Shown here: piece after piece, positions 19,457 through 28,252 of the stretch
Layout of the letters: every line of letters starts with the position of its first letter
How positions within the stretch are numbered: the first letter of the stretch is position 1
Assembly: GCA_049472195.1 (NCBI GenBank)
Contig: JBLIRG010000002.1
Coordinates: 5,184 to 69,183 of the forward strand
DNA: 64,000 bases
Source: Thermoplasmatota archaeon
GTDB taxonomy: Archaea; Thermoplasmatota; Penumbrarchaeia; Penumbrarchaeales; Penumbrarchaeaceae
Direction of reading: 5' to 3'
Notes under the pieces: model-generated
Told to the model about the DNA's origin: nothing
The model's input: the letters and a program-made list of their open reading frames with translations, nothing else
The model's database searches: none
Position numbers and translations under genes: made by a program

Positions 19457-20416
19457 TCATTTGCCCTTTCCACTTATTATCCTGTAGTGGGATCTCGTTA
19501 TCCTTTCGGTTCCCACAGCAGAGAGCAGAAGCTCGGCTGTCAAACCGACGAACAGGGTTGTTATGCCGAAGAGATACAAAACGGCTCCGAGAACGGTTCC
19601 AGGATTGAGAAAGTTGGATCCGTCGGCTATCAGATAATAGAGCGAGAATCCCATTGGAATTGATCCCAAGATCATGGAGAATACGAACCCTCTTGCGAAG
19701 AAATGAAGGGGCGATCGGCTGTATTTCGTGAGGAATGTTATGGTTACAAGGTCGATGAAACCCTTGAAGAGCCTCTCGATCCCGTATTTGGATTTCCCCG
19801 TTGTTCTCTTGTGGTGTTTGACCTTTATCTCGCCGACCCGAAACCCCCTCCAGTGGGCTTTCACGGGAAGATATCTGTGGAACTCCCCGTAGACGTCGAG
19901 GGATCTGACAACCTCCCTGCGGTATGCCTTGAACCCGCAGTTGTTGTCGTGGATCTTCACACCCGTCATCTTCCGGATCAACCAGTTGAAGAATTTCGAA
20001 GGTATCTTCTTCCCCATGGGGTCCAGTCTCTGGTATTTCCAGCCGGAGACGAGGTCATATCCCTCATCCAGCTTCTTGAGGAACCTTCCGATCTCCCTAG
20101 GATCGTCCTGCAGGTCCCCGTCCATGGTTATGACGATATCCCCTTTGACATTCTCGAATCCGGCCCTGAGAGCGTTTGCCTTTCCGAAATTCCGGTAGAA
20201 AGTTATTACGGATACCCTGCCGTCCTTTCGTATCAGGCCCTGGATCTTCTTCAGGGTCGAATCCGTTGATCCGTCGTCCACGAAGATGATCTCGTAGGAT
20301 CTGCCGAGCCTGTCGAGCTCCTCCTTGAGCTTGGAATAGAGCGCCTTGACGCTTCCCTCCTCGTTGTAGACCGGAATCACTATGCTGAGGTCCTTCCCTG
20401 ACAAATGATCAACCAC
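19457..20416 (-). CDS. GT2 polyprenol-phosphate glycosyltransferase (DPM synthase/ArnC-like)
   Basis: SIVIPVYNEE, FVDDGSTD, RNFGKANAL, MDGDLQDDP and DNNCGFKAYRR motifs, plus two C-terminal TMs. Confidence 0.9.
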   Translation of the reverse strand: MVDHLSGKDLSIVIPVYNEEGSVKALYSKLKEELDRLGRSYEIIFVDDGSTDSTLKKIQGLIRKDGRVSVITFYRNFGKANALRAGFENVKGDIVITMDGDLQDDPREIGRFLKKLDEGYDLVSGWKYQRLDPMGKKIPSKFFNWLIRKMTGVKIHDNNCGFKAYRREVVRSLDVYGEFHRYLPVKAHWRGFRVGEIKVKHHKRTTGKSKYGIERLFKGFIDLVTITFLTKYSRSPLHFFARGFVFSMILGSIPMGFSLYYLIADGSNFLNPGTVLGAVLYLFGITTLFVGLTAELLLSAVGTERITRSHYRIISGKGK

Positions 20417-20525
20417 CGGATCGATTATGAACTGACATTTGGACCAAAGAATGAAGGTTTTTAAACTTTACCTGACGGATCCCCCGATTGCGGACGTTAT
20501 CCCGGCAGTATGGACCAGACAGCGG

Positions 20526-21590
20526 TCAATTTCTGCTCCTCCTCCGAAGGTAGAACAGGGAGATCAAACCCAGGGGTATCGAGAGCCAGAGCGAGGTTGC
20601 CACCATTGCGATCGATGCCGATGTGGATATGCCTTCATCATCCGTCAGGAGGTATAGTACTGATGATGATCCCAGCAGGTTGCCTGCCCCGATCGGGAGG
20701 ATGAACCCGAGTATGTTGGCTATCGCGATTCCGGCGACCGCTCCGGGGAAAGCGACGTTCGCGTCAACCGGAAGAGCCAGTATGACAAGATACAGCCGGA
20801 CCGCCTCGTTGAACCAGATCGCTATGGTCATGATAATGATGCCCGCAAAGGACATCCTGTCCCTGGTCATCCTCGATATCGAGTCATGGAACTTCTTTGC
20901 CGACTCATCGAGTTTGCCGACCAGCTTTGACGAGAATTTCAGCGCTCTTCCTCTCAGGAAGCGATCCGTGAACCCCCCCAAGATCCTGATGGAAGCGGAC
21001 ATGAGCCTTCGGTTCGATATCAGGACAATCGCCAGAATGACAAGTATCCCCACGATGATGATCCCGGCGATCATGCCGATCGTATCATCGAACCCGATCT
21101 TCCATATCAGATAGACGGCCCCAAGTATTGCGAATGTCAGTATTGTCAGGATATCCAGGGATTTCTCCGAGAAGATCGATGCGGCGCCCACGGAGATCCG
21201 TGTATCCGTATGTTCCCTCAGAAGGTAGGCCCTGACCGGCTCGCCTCCGATCTTGCCCGGCGTGGAATTGTTAAGGGCGAGGGAAGCAAGGAATATGGGA
21301 AGTGTGATCCAGCCGGTCCTTTTCCGGGTCATGCCCCTTATGATGGCATTCCATCTGAGAGCCTTCATGGCGGTATTCAGAAAATACAATCCGAGGATGA
21401 GCAGAAGCAGGCCGATATCGATCCCACTGATCGTATCGAGGGTCCTTCTAACGTTGGCGTTGATAACGAGCATGATGATGAGGACGAGGGCAAGACCTAG
21501 ATAGAGAAGGTCCTTCCATCCCATACTTATCTTCAATCCGCCCTTTTTTCCCTCGGCCAACGGCATGAATTTTTCTCCGGAATGATCCAT
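20526..21590 (-). CDS. Flippase-like membrane protein (UPF0104 / LPG-synthase TM family)
   Basis: LRW, NNSTPGKIGGEPVRAYLL and SEKSLD motifs; about 8 TMs. Confidence 0.85.
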   Translation of the reverse strand: MDHSGEKFMPLAEGKKGGLKISMGWKDLLYLGLALVLIIMLVINANVRRTLDTISGIDIGLLLLILGLYFLNTAMKALRWNAIIRGMTRKRTGWITLPIFLASLALNNSTPGKIGGEPVRAYLLREHTDTRISVGAASIFSEKSLDILTILTFAILGAVYLIWKIGFDDTIGMIAGIIIVGILVILAIVLISNRRLMSASIRILGGFTDRFLRGRALKFSSKLVGKLDESAKKFHDSISRMTRDRMSFAGIIIMTIAIWFNEAVRLYLVILALPVDANVAFPGAVAGIAIANILGFILPIGAGNLLGSSSVLYLLTDDEGISTSASIAMVATSLWLSIPLGLISLFYLRRRSRN

Positions 21591-21629
21591 CTGACCATAT
21601 GATATACTCTTATTTGAAGGAAAGGGGGA

Positions 21630-22475
21630 TCATGCTTCGAATACGGCTATCGAGGCATATCCCACGGCGCTGTCCGCAGGCGAAACATCGTAACTGGTCC
21701 TGTAATCGAGGTTGACAGCTTTTCCCCCTCCGGATCTCGAAACTGCGGTCATCATTGCGGCTACAGGGCCCAACCCGCAAGCGGTCACGCCCAGGGAATC
21801 CCTTTTCCTGAACGCTCCGGGCAGATCCCAATCAAGAAGTCTTTCTATTACCGGAATGTCGATGGACCGAGCGAACTCCCCGGCGTTGTAGCCGGGCGGC
21901 ACCGGATATCCGTAGTTCCAGCCGCAGTGGGTGAAATCGGATGAGGCTATGATAGCAGCCGATCCTGTGTACTTTCCCAGGGCTTTGGAGATCTTTTTCC
22001 CCAGATCGACCGATGAGTCGAGGGACTGGTCCGACATCGAGATGCATACCTGTTTTACGCCGGGATCCGCCGCCTGAACGAAAGGAAGCTGGACCTCCAT
22101 GGAATGCTCCTGGGAATGAGCCCTGCAGTCATCCCTCAATCCGAGCAGGCTTCCCAGGTCATGGTCGAAACGCATGACTCCCAGGGGTGTGGAGAAATCA
22201 TCCATGCAGGCAACTGCCCCGGATCCCATGCCCCGGTGGTTCGGGCCGATAACAATAACCGTATCGGGCATTCCTCCGGCGCGAAGCGCGCCGAATCCGA
22301 AAGCCGCCACCGGGCCGGAATATGTGTAACCCGCGTGGGGAGAGACAAGTCCCAGGACCTTTCCATCCTTGAATTCCTTACTGCCGGGTCCATCCCTGTA
22401 GCACCTTTCGATCTCTTTCTGAAGGGGCTTTCGGCTGCCGGGATAGAACATTCCGGCCACAGCAGGTGATCTCAT
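21630..22475 (-). CDS. amrB: AmmeMemoRadiSam system protein B (MEMO1 family)
   Basis: RSPAVAGMFYP, SPHAGYTYSG, GPNH, EHSMEVQLPF, ASSDFTH, CGLGP and VGYAS motifs. Confidence 0.92.
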   Translation of the reverse strand: MRSPAVAGMFYPGSRKPLQKEIERCYRDGPGSKEFKDGKVLGLVSPHAGYTYSGPVAAFGFGALRAGGMPDTVIVIGPNHRGMGSGAVACMDDFSTPLGVMRFDHDLGSLLGLRDDCRAHSQEHSMEVQLPFVQAADPGVKQVCISMSDQSLDSSVDLGKKISKALGKYTGSAAIIASSDFTHCGWNYGYPVPPGYNAGEFARSIDIPVIERLLDWDLPGAFRKRDSLGVTACGLGPVAAMMTAVSRSGGGKAVNLDYRTSYDVSPADSAVGYASIAVFEA

Positions 22476-22511
22476 GGCCGTTAAAGGGATTTGGGGGTTT
22501 ATAAACTGTAT

Positions 22512-23144
22512 CTATAGGGTCGCCTCGAACTCCTTGATCTCCATCTTGAAGTTCTCCAGCTTCTCGGAGTCTTCCCTGGCCTTGAAATATTCCTTGGTCA
22601 AAAGCCAGTAAACGACGGCCAGGGATCTGCGGCCCTTGTTGTTTGCCGGGATCACGAGGTCGACGAATTTCGTCTCGTTGTTCGCGTCGCAGAGTCCGAT
22701 GATGGGGATCTTGGAGTTGACCGCCTCTTTCAATGCCTGCTGATCGGCGGCGGGATCGGTCACGACCAGGATCTTGGGCTCAACGTAGTCCTCCAGGTCG
22801 GGATTTGTGAGGGTGCCGGGAACGAACCTTCCCGGGAAGGCATTGCATCCGATGGAATCGGAGAATTTCCGGACCGGTCTCTGGCCGTACTGCCTGGCGG
22901 ATACCACCAGTATGTCCTCGGGATCGTACTTGGAGAGCATCTTCGCGGCAACCCTTATCCTCTCATCGGTCTTCTTGATATCCAATACGTAAAGACCGTC
23001 GGATCGAACCTTGAATATGAAGTCCTTCATGTCGGCGCTCTTCTGCTGTGTGCCAATGTGCACTCCGGAGGTCAGGTACACGTCCTCCTCGATGAGGAGT
23101 TCACTTGCCGGCTGTTCGTCTCCCATTTCAATCATCTCCGTCAT
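22512..23144 (-). CDS. rps2: 30S ribosomal protein S2 (uS2), archaeal type
   Basis: [23 protein letters not shown] and [10 protein letters not shown] motifs. True start is 23144, overlapping the rpoK stop (ATGA). The ORF-track extension to 23318 is spurious. Confidence 0.95.
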   Translation of the reverse strand: MTEMIEMGDEQPASELLIEEDVYLTSGVHIGTQQKSADMKDFIFKVRSDGLYVLDIKKTDERIRVAAKMLSKYDPEDILVVSARQYGQRPVRKFSDSIGCNAFPGRFVPGTLTNPDLEDYVEPKILVVTDPAADQQALKEAVNSKIPIIGLCDANNETKFVDLVIPANNKGRRSLAVVYWLLTKEYFKAREDSEKLENFKMEIKEFEATL

Positions 23145-23302
23145 TCCCGCTTCACGGTCATGGGGATCATACCGTCCCTGAGTTCCGCCTCCGCTGTTTT
23201 CAGAGGATCGATGTCGATGGAGGAACCCACCGGGGGTGCTCCCAGCGACAGTTGAAGCGTTCTCGCGCCGAGGACCCGTGCCTTTTCGTATTTGGTCATC
23301 AT
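23141..23302 (-). CDS. rpoK: DNA-directed RNA polymerase subunit K (Rpo6), 53 aa; absent from the ORF track
   Basis: Hand translation gives [53 protein letters not shown]. This matches the T(R/K)YE.AR..GARALQ..MGAP / P.T(V/I)RR signature of RpoK. Confidence 0.93.
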   Translation of the reverse strand: MMTKYEKARVLGARTLQLSLGAPPVGSSIDIDPLKTAEAELRDGMIPMTVKRE

Positions 23303-23441
23303 TTTTGATCCCTCTCATGGCCGTGTACCATATATAGGGGCTGTAGGGAAGGGTGTAAACTGGTATCCAATATAAACCTTGTGGGAGGCCATATGGGATG
23401 AAATGAGAACTGAGTTACATTAACAGAAAATATAGGATATG

Positions 23442-24239
23442 TCAATCCTTTATCAAACCCTCATGGAGGGAGCCCGTTCTGTATCCCAGCGGATCAAGTG
23501 CGATCTTCAGATCCCCGGCTGATCCGACTATCTCCCCCCATCTCGATACTGCCCTGTCGATATCGTCAACCTCGATTATTCCAAAATATTTGGCTTCGGA
23601 TATCTCGTAAAGCCTCAATCTGACCTGTCGGAATCCCAATTCGGATACCGCCGTCTCGATCTTGTCGACGATCTCAAGCTTTTCAGAGGTGATCTTCTGG
23701 CCGAAGGGTATTCGGGATGCAAGGCAGGGCGAGGCGGGTTTGTTCCAGATGGGTATCCCCTCCGTTTTCAGGATCCTCTCGACATCGTCTTTTGTTATTC
23801 CAGTTTCGATGAGAGGATGCCAGATGCCCATCTTGTCGGCTTCGGCATGGCCGGGCCTGTAATCCTCCAGATCGTCGATAACTGCTCCGTCAGCAACGGT
23901 CTCGATACCGGATCTGGATGCCTCCTCGATGATGACCGACATTATCCTCCTCTTGCATAAACCGCAGCGTTTGACGGGATTGCTGACGAAGTCGGGATCC
24001 TTAAGGACATCAACGCCGACCTCTTTCAGTTCGAGTCCCAGCAGCCGGGCGGTTCGTCCCGCATCCTCTATGTCCCTGCGCGGGATGGTCTCGTTCACAG
24101 CCATGATCAACATGACATCCCTCCCAACCGCCTTGACCGATGCAAGAGCTACCAGGGTGCTGTCCCGCCCCCCCGAGTAGGCAACGGCAATCCTTCCCTT
24201 TTCCCTGATGATATCGATCAAAGTCGACAGATCGGCCAT
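23442..24239 (-). CDS. larE: LarE-family ATP-dependent sacrificial sulfur transferase (PP-loop)
   Basis: VAYSGGRDS, CGLCK, DG...DDLEDYRPG, WNKPASPCLASRIPFG and GFRQVRLR motifs. Confidence 0.88.
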   Translation of the reverse strand: MADLSTLIDIIREKGRIAVAYSGGRDSTLVALASVKAVGRDVMLIMAVNETIPRRDIEDAGRTARLLGLELKEVGVDVLKDPDFVSNPVKRCGLCKRRIMSVIIEEASRSGIETVADGAVIDDLEDYRPGHAEADKMGIWHPLIETGITKDDVERILKTEGIPIWNKPASPCLASRIPFGQKITSEKLEIVDKIETAVSELGFRQVRLRLYEISEAKYFGIIEVDDIDRAVSRWGEIVGSAGDLKIALDPLGYRTGSLHEGLIKD

Positions 24240-24342
24240 GTCAAGCCATCGACGGCCGGATTATTATCATTTTCCCGTGAATATCCGGGGAGGTTCGGAT
24301 TCGATGAAAGCGTTTAAATAAGCCATCCTTTGTGCACAACGC

Positions 24343-24951
24343 ATGAGCGAGGGCTCGGAGATATTCTTCCACTGCGAGACATGCGGTTCCGAAACACCGC
24401 ACCGGGTACTTCGCGGAAGGATCGGGGTCACATCGGACGAGGGATTCGACGGAACCGCCCAGTGCACGGAATGCGACACGGTACACCATGTTCTGATTCC
24501 CGTAGTGAAATCGGTCCGGGTGAAGATGGTGGTGTCGGACCGCGACCTATCCAAAAAGGATGAGATCGAGCTGTCGACGAGGGAAGAGATCTCTGTGGGG
24601 GACGAGTTCTACCACGGCGATCACAACCTGAAGGTCACTGCAATAGAATCGGCAGGAAAGAACGTATCCCGGGGCTTGGCCGGCGATGTCAGTATGCTCT
24701 ATGCCAAGGTCTTCGACGTCGTGCATGTCAAGGTTGCCATCGTGAAAGGGGCGAACACCTCATCAGAGCAGATCGAGGCCGCACCTGATGAGGAATTCGC
24801 CGTGGGCGACATACTGGATTTCGGCAGGACCAAGGTAATAATTGAAAAGATCAAACTCGAAGGCCGAACGCTTTACCGGCAGGGTATGTCCGCACAGGCC
24901 AGAGAGATAAAGAGGGTCTATACGAAGCAGATCAAGGAGAGATATTACTGA
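24343..24951 (+). CDS. HVO_0476-family archaeal zinc-finger protein
   Basis: CETC..ETPHRVL...CTECDTVH, followed by two EEISVGDEF / EEFAVGD repeats and IKRVY. Confidence 0.8.
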   Translation: MSEGSEIFFHCETCGSETPHRVLRGRIGVTSDEGFDGTAQCTECDTVHHVLIPVVKSVRVKMVVSDRDLSKKDEIELSTREEISVGDEFYHGDHNLKVTAIESAGKNVSRGLAGDVSMLYAKVFDVVHVKVAIVKGANTSSEQIEAAPDEEFAVGDILDFGRTKVIIEKIKLEGRTLYRQGMSAQAREIKRVYTKQIKERYY

Positions 24952-24985
24952 ATCGATGCTGATCCGGCACCTATCTCATCCCCTG

Positions 24986-27900
24986 TCAGTTATACCGGTT
25001 CCCGCCTGCAGGTGGCAGAGCGGGGGTCTGATATCCGGGACCGATCGCCGAGGTCTGGTTTGGATAGAGACCAGCGGGCGGAGGGGGCATGGCCGGAGCA
25101 GTCGGAGCCTTTCTCATCTCCAGTATCACCAGCAGGGATAAGGTGATGAACAGGACAGCTCCCACGAGGAGGATGATCAACGGGATCAGGGGAAAGACGT
25201 CTTCCTTCACGGAAGATCCCGGATATGAGTTCTTATCGGTGGGATCGGAGCCTCCGAGGTACTCGTCCAGATTGGAATAGCCGTCGTAATCCGGGTCCTC
25301 CGACGCGTCGTCAACCTCGGGATTCAGGCCGTATCGGATCTCGAATGAATCGTTCATGCCGTCCCCGTCAGTGTCCTTGAACTTCGGATTTTGAAGGATC
25401 GAATCCAGGACAATTACGGAAAATGTCCTTCGGACCTTGTGCACTCCATCCCTCACGGTGAGAGTTATTAGGTGATCTCCGGCGGACAGGTAGAAAAAGG
25501 ATATTGCCGCCGTCCCGAGGGAGCCGTCAATGTTGGAGATCCACTGTACCTCGACATCCTCGTTTCCATCGGGATCATCGATCCTGACCTCGAAAGGTAT
25601 GGATTGATTGTCCAGATAACTGACGCCAAGCACGGGTTTCAGTATCTCGATGTCGGGGGGAGAGTCCACCCGTATCCGGTAGGTCATCGACGAGTTCCTC
25701 CCCACGTTGTCGTAGGCATCAATTCTGAGAAGGTTCTGATCCCCGGGGATCCATGAGGATTTGGTGATCTGTATCGACACCTCCTGATATCCAAGCGAGT
25801 TGTTGTAGGGTTCTGCCTCCAGCGGAATATCCGCGGAGAATGAGGTCCCGTTGTCGACGGAGTACCGGTATGTGATCCGGGTTGTATCCAGTCCGGATCC
25901 AAGCCAGTCATGAATCTTCACATCGATCGGCACGTCTGATGTCTCGAGCCAATCGATCACCGTGCCCTCCTCGTCGACCTCAAGGTCGTCAAGGCTTATA
26001 TCTGGAGCCCTTGAGTCCACCCATACTCTGAACTCATCTGACAGGGTCTCGCCGGATCTGGCCATGTCCTGTCCCTTGATGACCACAAGGTTCCTCCTTC
26101 CCTCAACCAGACTGGGCCTTATCTGGAATTCAAGTTCGCCGCCGGTGTTGTATTCCTGACATGAGTTCCAATCGCTCCATGTCATCCCGTCGTCCCTGGA
26201 AGCTCTGAACAGCAGGGACCTGCCCTCTATCCCCGAAAGTTCGTCCGATGCGCGGAAAGTGATGAACGGGGTCTTACTCTCCGCCCACTCTCCCTGTGCC
26301 GGGTCTATCATCTCATATGACGGTCCGTGAAGGTCAACGAGGAACCTGGTCCAGGTCGGCGGTCCGATATTCCCGACAGCGTCTACGGCCCGGATGGTTA
26401 TATTGATCTCCCCCTCCGGGAGTTCGTCCGACAGCCTTCTTCCTATGTGGTAGTTGAGCCTGTCCGCGGGAACTGTGTTCTTGGATCGGAATTCACCCGA
26501 AACCGCCTCGATTATGTAACTTCCGAGGCCCGAACCTCCGTCATCCGATGCCTCCCATTCGACGAACATATTCCTGTCGTTGTCCATTATGCTGGCGTTC
26601 TCATCAAGGGAATCGGCATATGTTTTGATGAATCCGACGGCGGCCGGTTTATCCGTGTCAATTCTCAGGCTGAACGTCTTGTTCGACGATTTCCCGGATA
26701 CGAGGTTGAGGAACGTCAATCCGGTTATGTAGAAGGTAAACTGCATCTGTGCGGTGAAATCCACCGCTGTCCACGGTGCCGAAAGCCAGTTTCCCTGGGG
26801 AATGAAGTAATCCCTGTCCGTGTTGTAATTGTCCTTGATGCTGATCTGGGCAACGTAAGGCCGCGGTTGAACGTTGGAATCCTCGTAAACGATCATTATA
26901 CCTGTGAACTGTATGTTTTCCCTTCCCTTGACCCAGTCGTTATCCGTCAGCAGGGTTCCGGAGCTGGTCTTGCATACCAGGTCAGTGTCGCTCCATTCGA
27001 AATCGTTCTCGACGCGGTAGATATCGGCCGCTTCGCTGAAACCCGGTATCGCGGAAAGCCCGGTTGCCGTAACGCTCACGTTCCTGGCGGTCTCGGACGG
27101 ATAGTCGATCTTGAAATCGATGTAGAAATCTACCTTGATGGTATCGGGCCCGATCACCGACACCTGGGACAGGATCTCGTTGAGGGTGGCGAATTTCATA
27201 TCTCCTGTACCTCCTGGCTGATAGAAGGTGCTGTTGGAGTGGAAGTAGATGAACCGCAGCCTTTCGAAATGCGGCGAGAGTGTCAGAAACACCCTGTTTA
27301 TGTGATCCTCTCCCTTCGTATGGGAGATCATCGACGAGAAGACGTAATCCTTCGATTCCGCATATACCATATCTCCCCGGCTTCCGTCGCCGTTGGTCAG
27401 TTCCGGTTCGGTTACTTCGATATCTCCGGTTGTGAAGGCGTAGGCATAGGGAGGCTGGAAAATATCCGTGCCGGTGGGTTCGTACTTGTATTCGTGGATC
27501 GAGATACCCCGGGTCCCGGCCGGATTCTCGATCCCGATCACCGCATAGGATCCGACTCCTCCCCATGTATAAACCGATTGATACTGATACTTGATCATTC
27601 CTCCCTTGAAAAGCAGCGCCTCGTATTTGCCGCCGTTTCGGGTGATCCATTCGATGATGAAAACCTCTTCGCCGTCCACCTCGGTGTGCAGGGTGAATAT
27701 GGTCTTCGGATTGTAGTAATCGTAAGCATAATCCTGGCCCCAATATACGGCAAGAATCCCTTTCGGGTCGTTGGTGGACGGCATCGGGTGGTTCGAATAG
27801 TAGGTAAAACTGTTTACATTTGTCTCAACGAAGGAGAATGCGATTCGATTGGAAACGTATACCTTATTGTAGCTCGTCTCATAATATGTAAACGAGAACG

Positions 27901-28141
27901 GAAGATCGATGGTGAGGAGAGTATTATACGAGTCGACATCATGCCCGACGGCCTCGTTCTGGAATTTGAGATCGATGTAGTCGCATTCCACCTTGGGCTC
28001 CGGATCCTCGCCGTCGATGTAGGAATATCCCCCGCTGTTCGCGGGAGTGTACTTCTCCCCGGCGACATTGGCGGCTGTGATGGGAATGGCTGATATCAAC
28101 AATCCCATCACGATGAACATGTGAATACTTCGGATCTTCAT
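24986..28141 (-). CDS. Large surface protein: NIDO/nidogen-like head, the same Ig/Fn3 stalk as the FG-GAP paralogs, TSP3-like repeat, TM and Pro-rich tail
   Basis: Head motif IDLPFSFTYYETSYNKVYVS. Stalk motifs LTNGDG..VYAE, YRVENDFEW, VYEDSNVQP and YADSLD...DNDRNMFVEW. Also DTDGDGMND, a TM helix, and a GGAGGAG SD before ATG 28141. Confidence 0.82.
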   Translation of the reverse strand: MKIRSIHMFIVMGLLISAIPITAANVAGEKYTPANSGGYSYIDGEDPEPKVECDYIDLKFQNEAVGHDVDSYNTLLTIDLPFSFTYYETSYNKVYVSNRIAFSFVETNVNSFTYYSNHPMPSTNDPKGILAVYWGQDYAYDYYNPKTIFTLHTEVDGEEVFIIEWITRNGGKYEALLFKGGMIKYQYQSVYTWGGVGSYAVIGIENPAGTRGISIHEYKYEPTGTDIFQPPYAYAFTTGDIEVTEPELTNGDGSRGDMVYAESKDYVFSSMISHTKGEDHINRVFLTLSPHFERLRFIYFHSNSTFYQPGGTGDMKFATLNEILSQVSVIGPDTIKVDFYIDFKIDYPSETARNVSVTATGLSAIPGFSEAADIYRVENDFEWSDTDLVCKTSSGTLLTDNDWVKGRENIQFTGIMIVYEDSNVQPRPYVAQISIKDNYNTDRDYFIPQGNWLSAPWTAVDFTAQMQFTFYITGLTFLNLVSGKSSNKTFSLRIDTDKPAAVGFIKTYADSLDENASIMDNDRNMFVEWEASDDGGSGLGSYIIEAVSGEFRSKNTVPADRLNYHIGRRLSDELPEGEINITIRAVDAVGNIGPPTWTRFLVDLHGPSYEMIDPAQGEWAESKTPFITFRASDELSGIEGRSLLFRASRDDGMTWSDWNSCQEYNTGGELEFQIRPSLVEGRRNLVVIKGQDMARSGETLSDEFRVWVDSRAPDISLDDLEVDEEGTVIDWLETSDVPIDVKIHDWLGSGLDTTRITYRYSVDNGTSFSADIPLEAEPYNNSLGYQEVSIQITKSSWIPGDQNLLRIDAYDNVGRNSSMTYRIRVDSPPDIEILKPVLGVSYLDNQSIPFEVRIDDPDGNEDVEVQWISNIDGSLGTAAISFFYLSAGDHLITLTVRDGVHKVRRTFSVIVLDSILQNPKFKDTDGDGMNDSFEIRYGLNPEVDDASEDPDYDGYSNLDEYLGGSDPTDKNSYPGSSVKEDVFPLIPLIILLVGAVLFITLSLLVILEMRKAPTAPAMPPPPAGLYPNQTSAIGPGYQTPALPPAGGNRYN

Positions 28142-28252
28142 CTGATCTCCTCCGATACGATCGATCGATTTTTGCACCGAGACCGGTACCTGTAACCGTT
28201 TTTATCATTTAATATTAGGTGATATATACTATTTGTTGTAGAGACGCCCCCG

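Noticed and set aside
23145-23318. 58-aa N-terminal extension of ribosomal protein S2
   Set aside because: The region is occupied by rpoK in another frame; S2 starts at 23144.
23303-23441. tRNA upstream of rpoK, as found in some archaea
   Set aside because: No cloverleaf or T-loop (GTTCRA) was found; the region looks like a promoter.
26327-28093. 588-aa plus-strand ORF and the many other long overlapping ORFs in the track
   Set aside because: These are antisense or alternative-frame shadows of well-supported genes, with no motifs.
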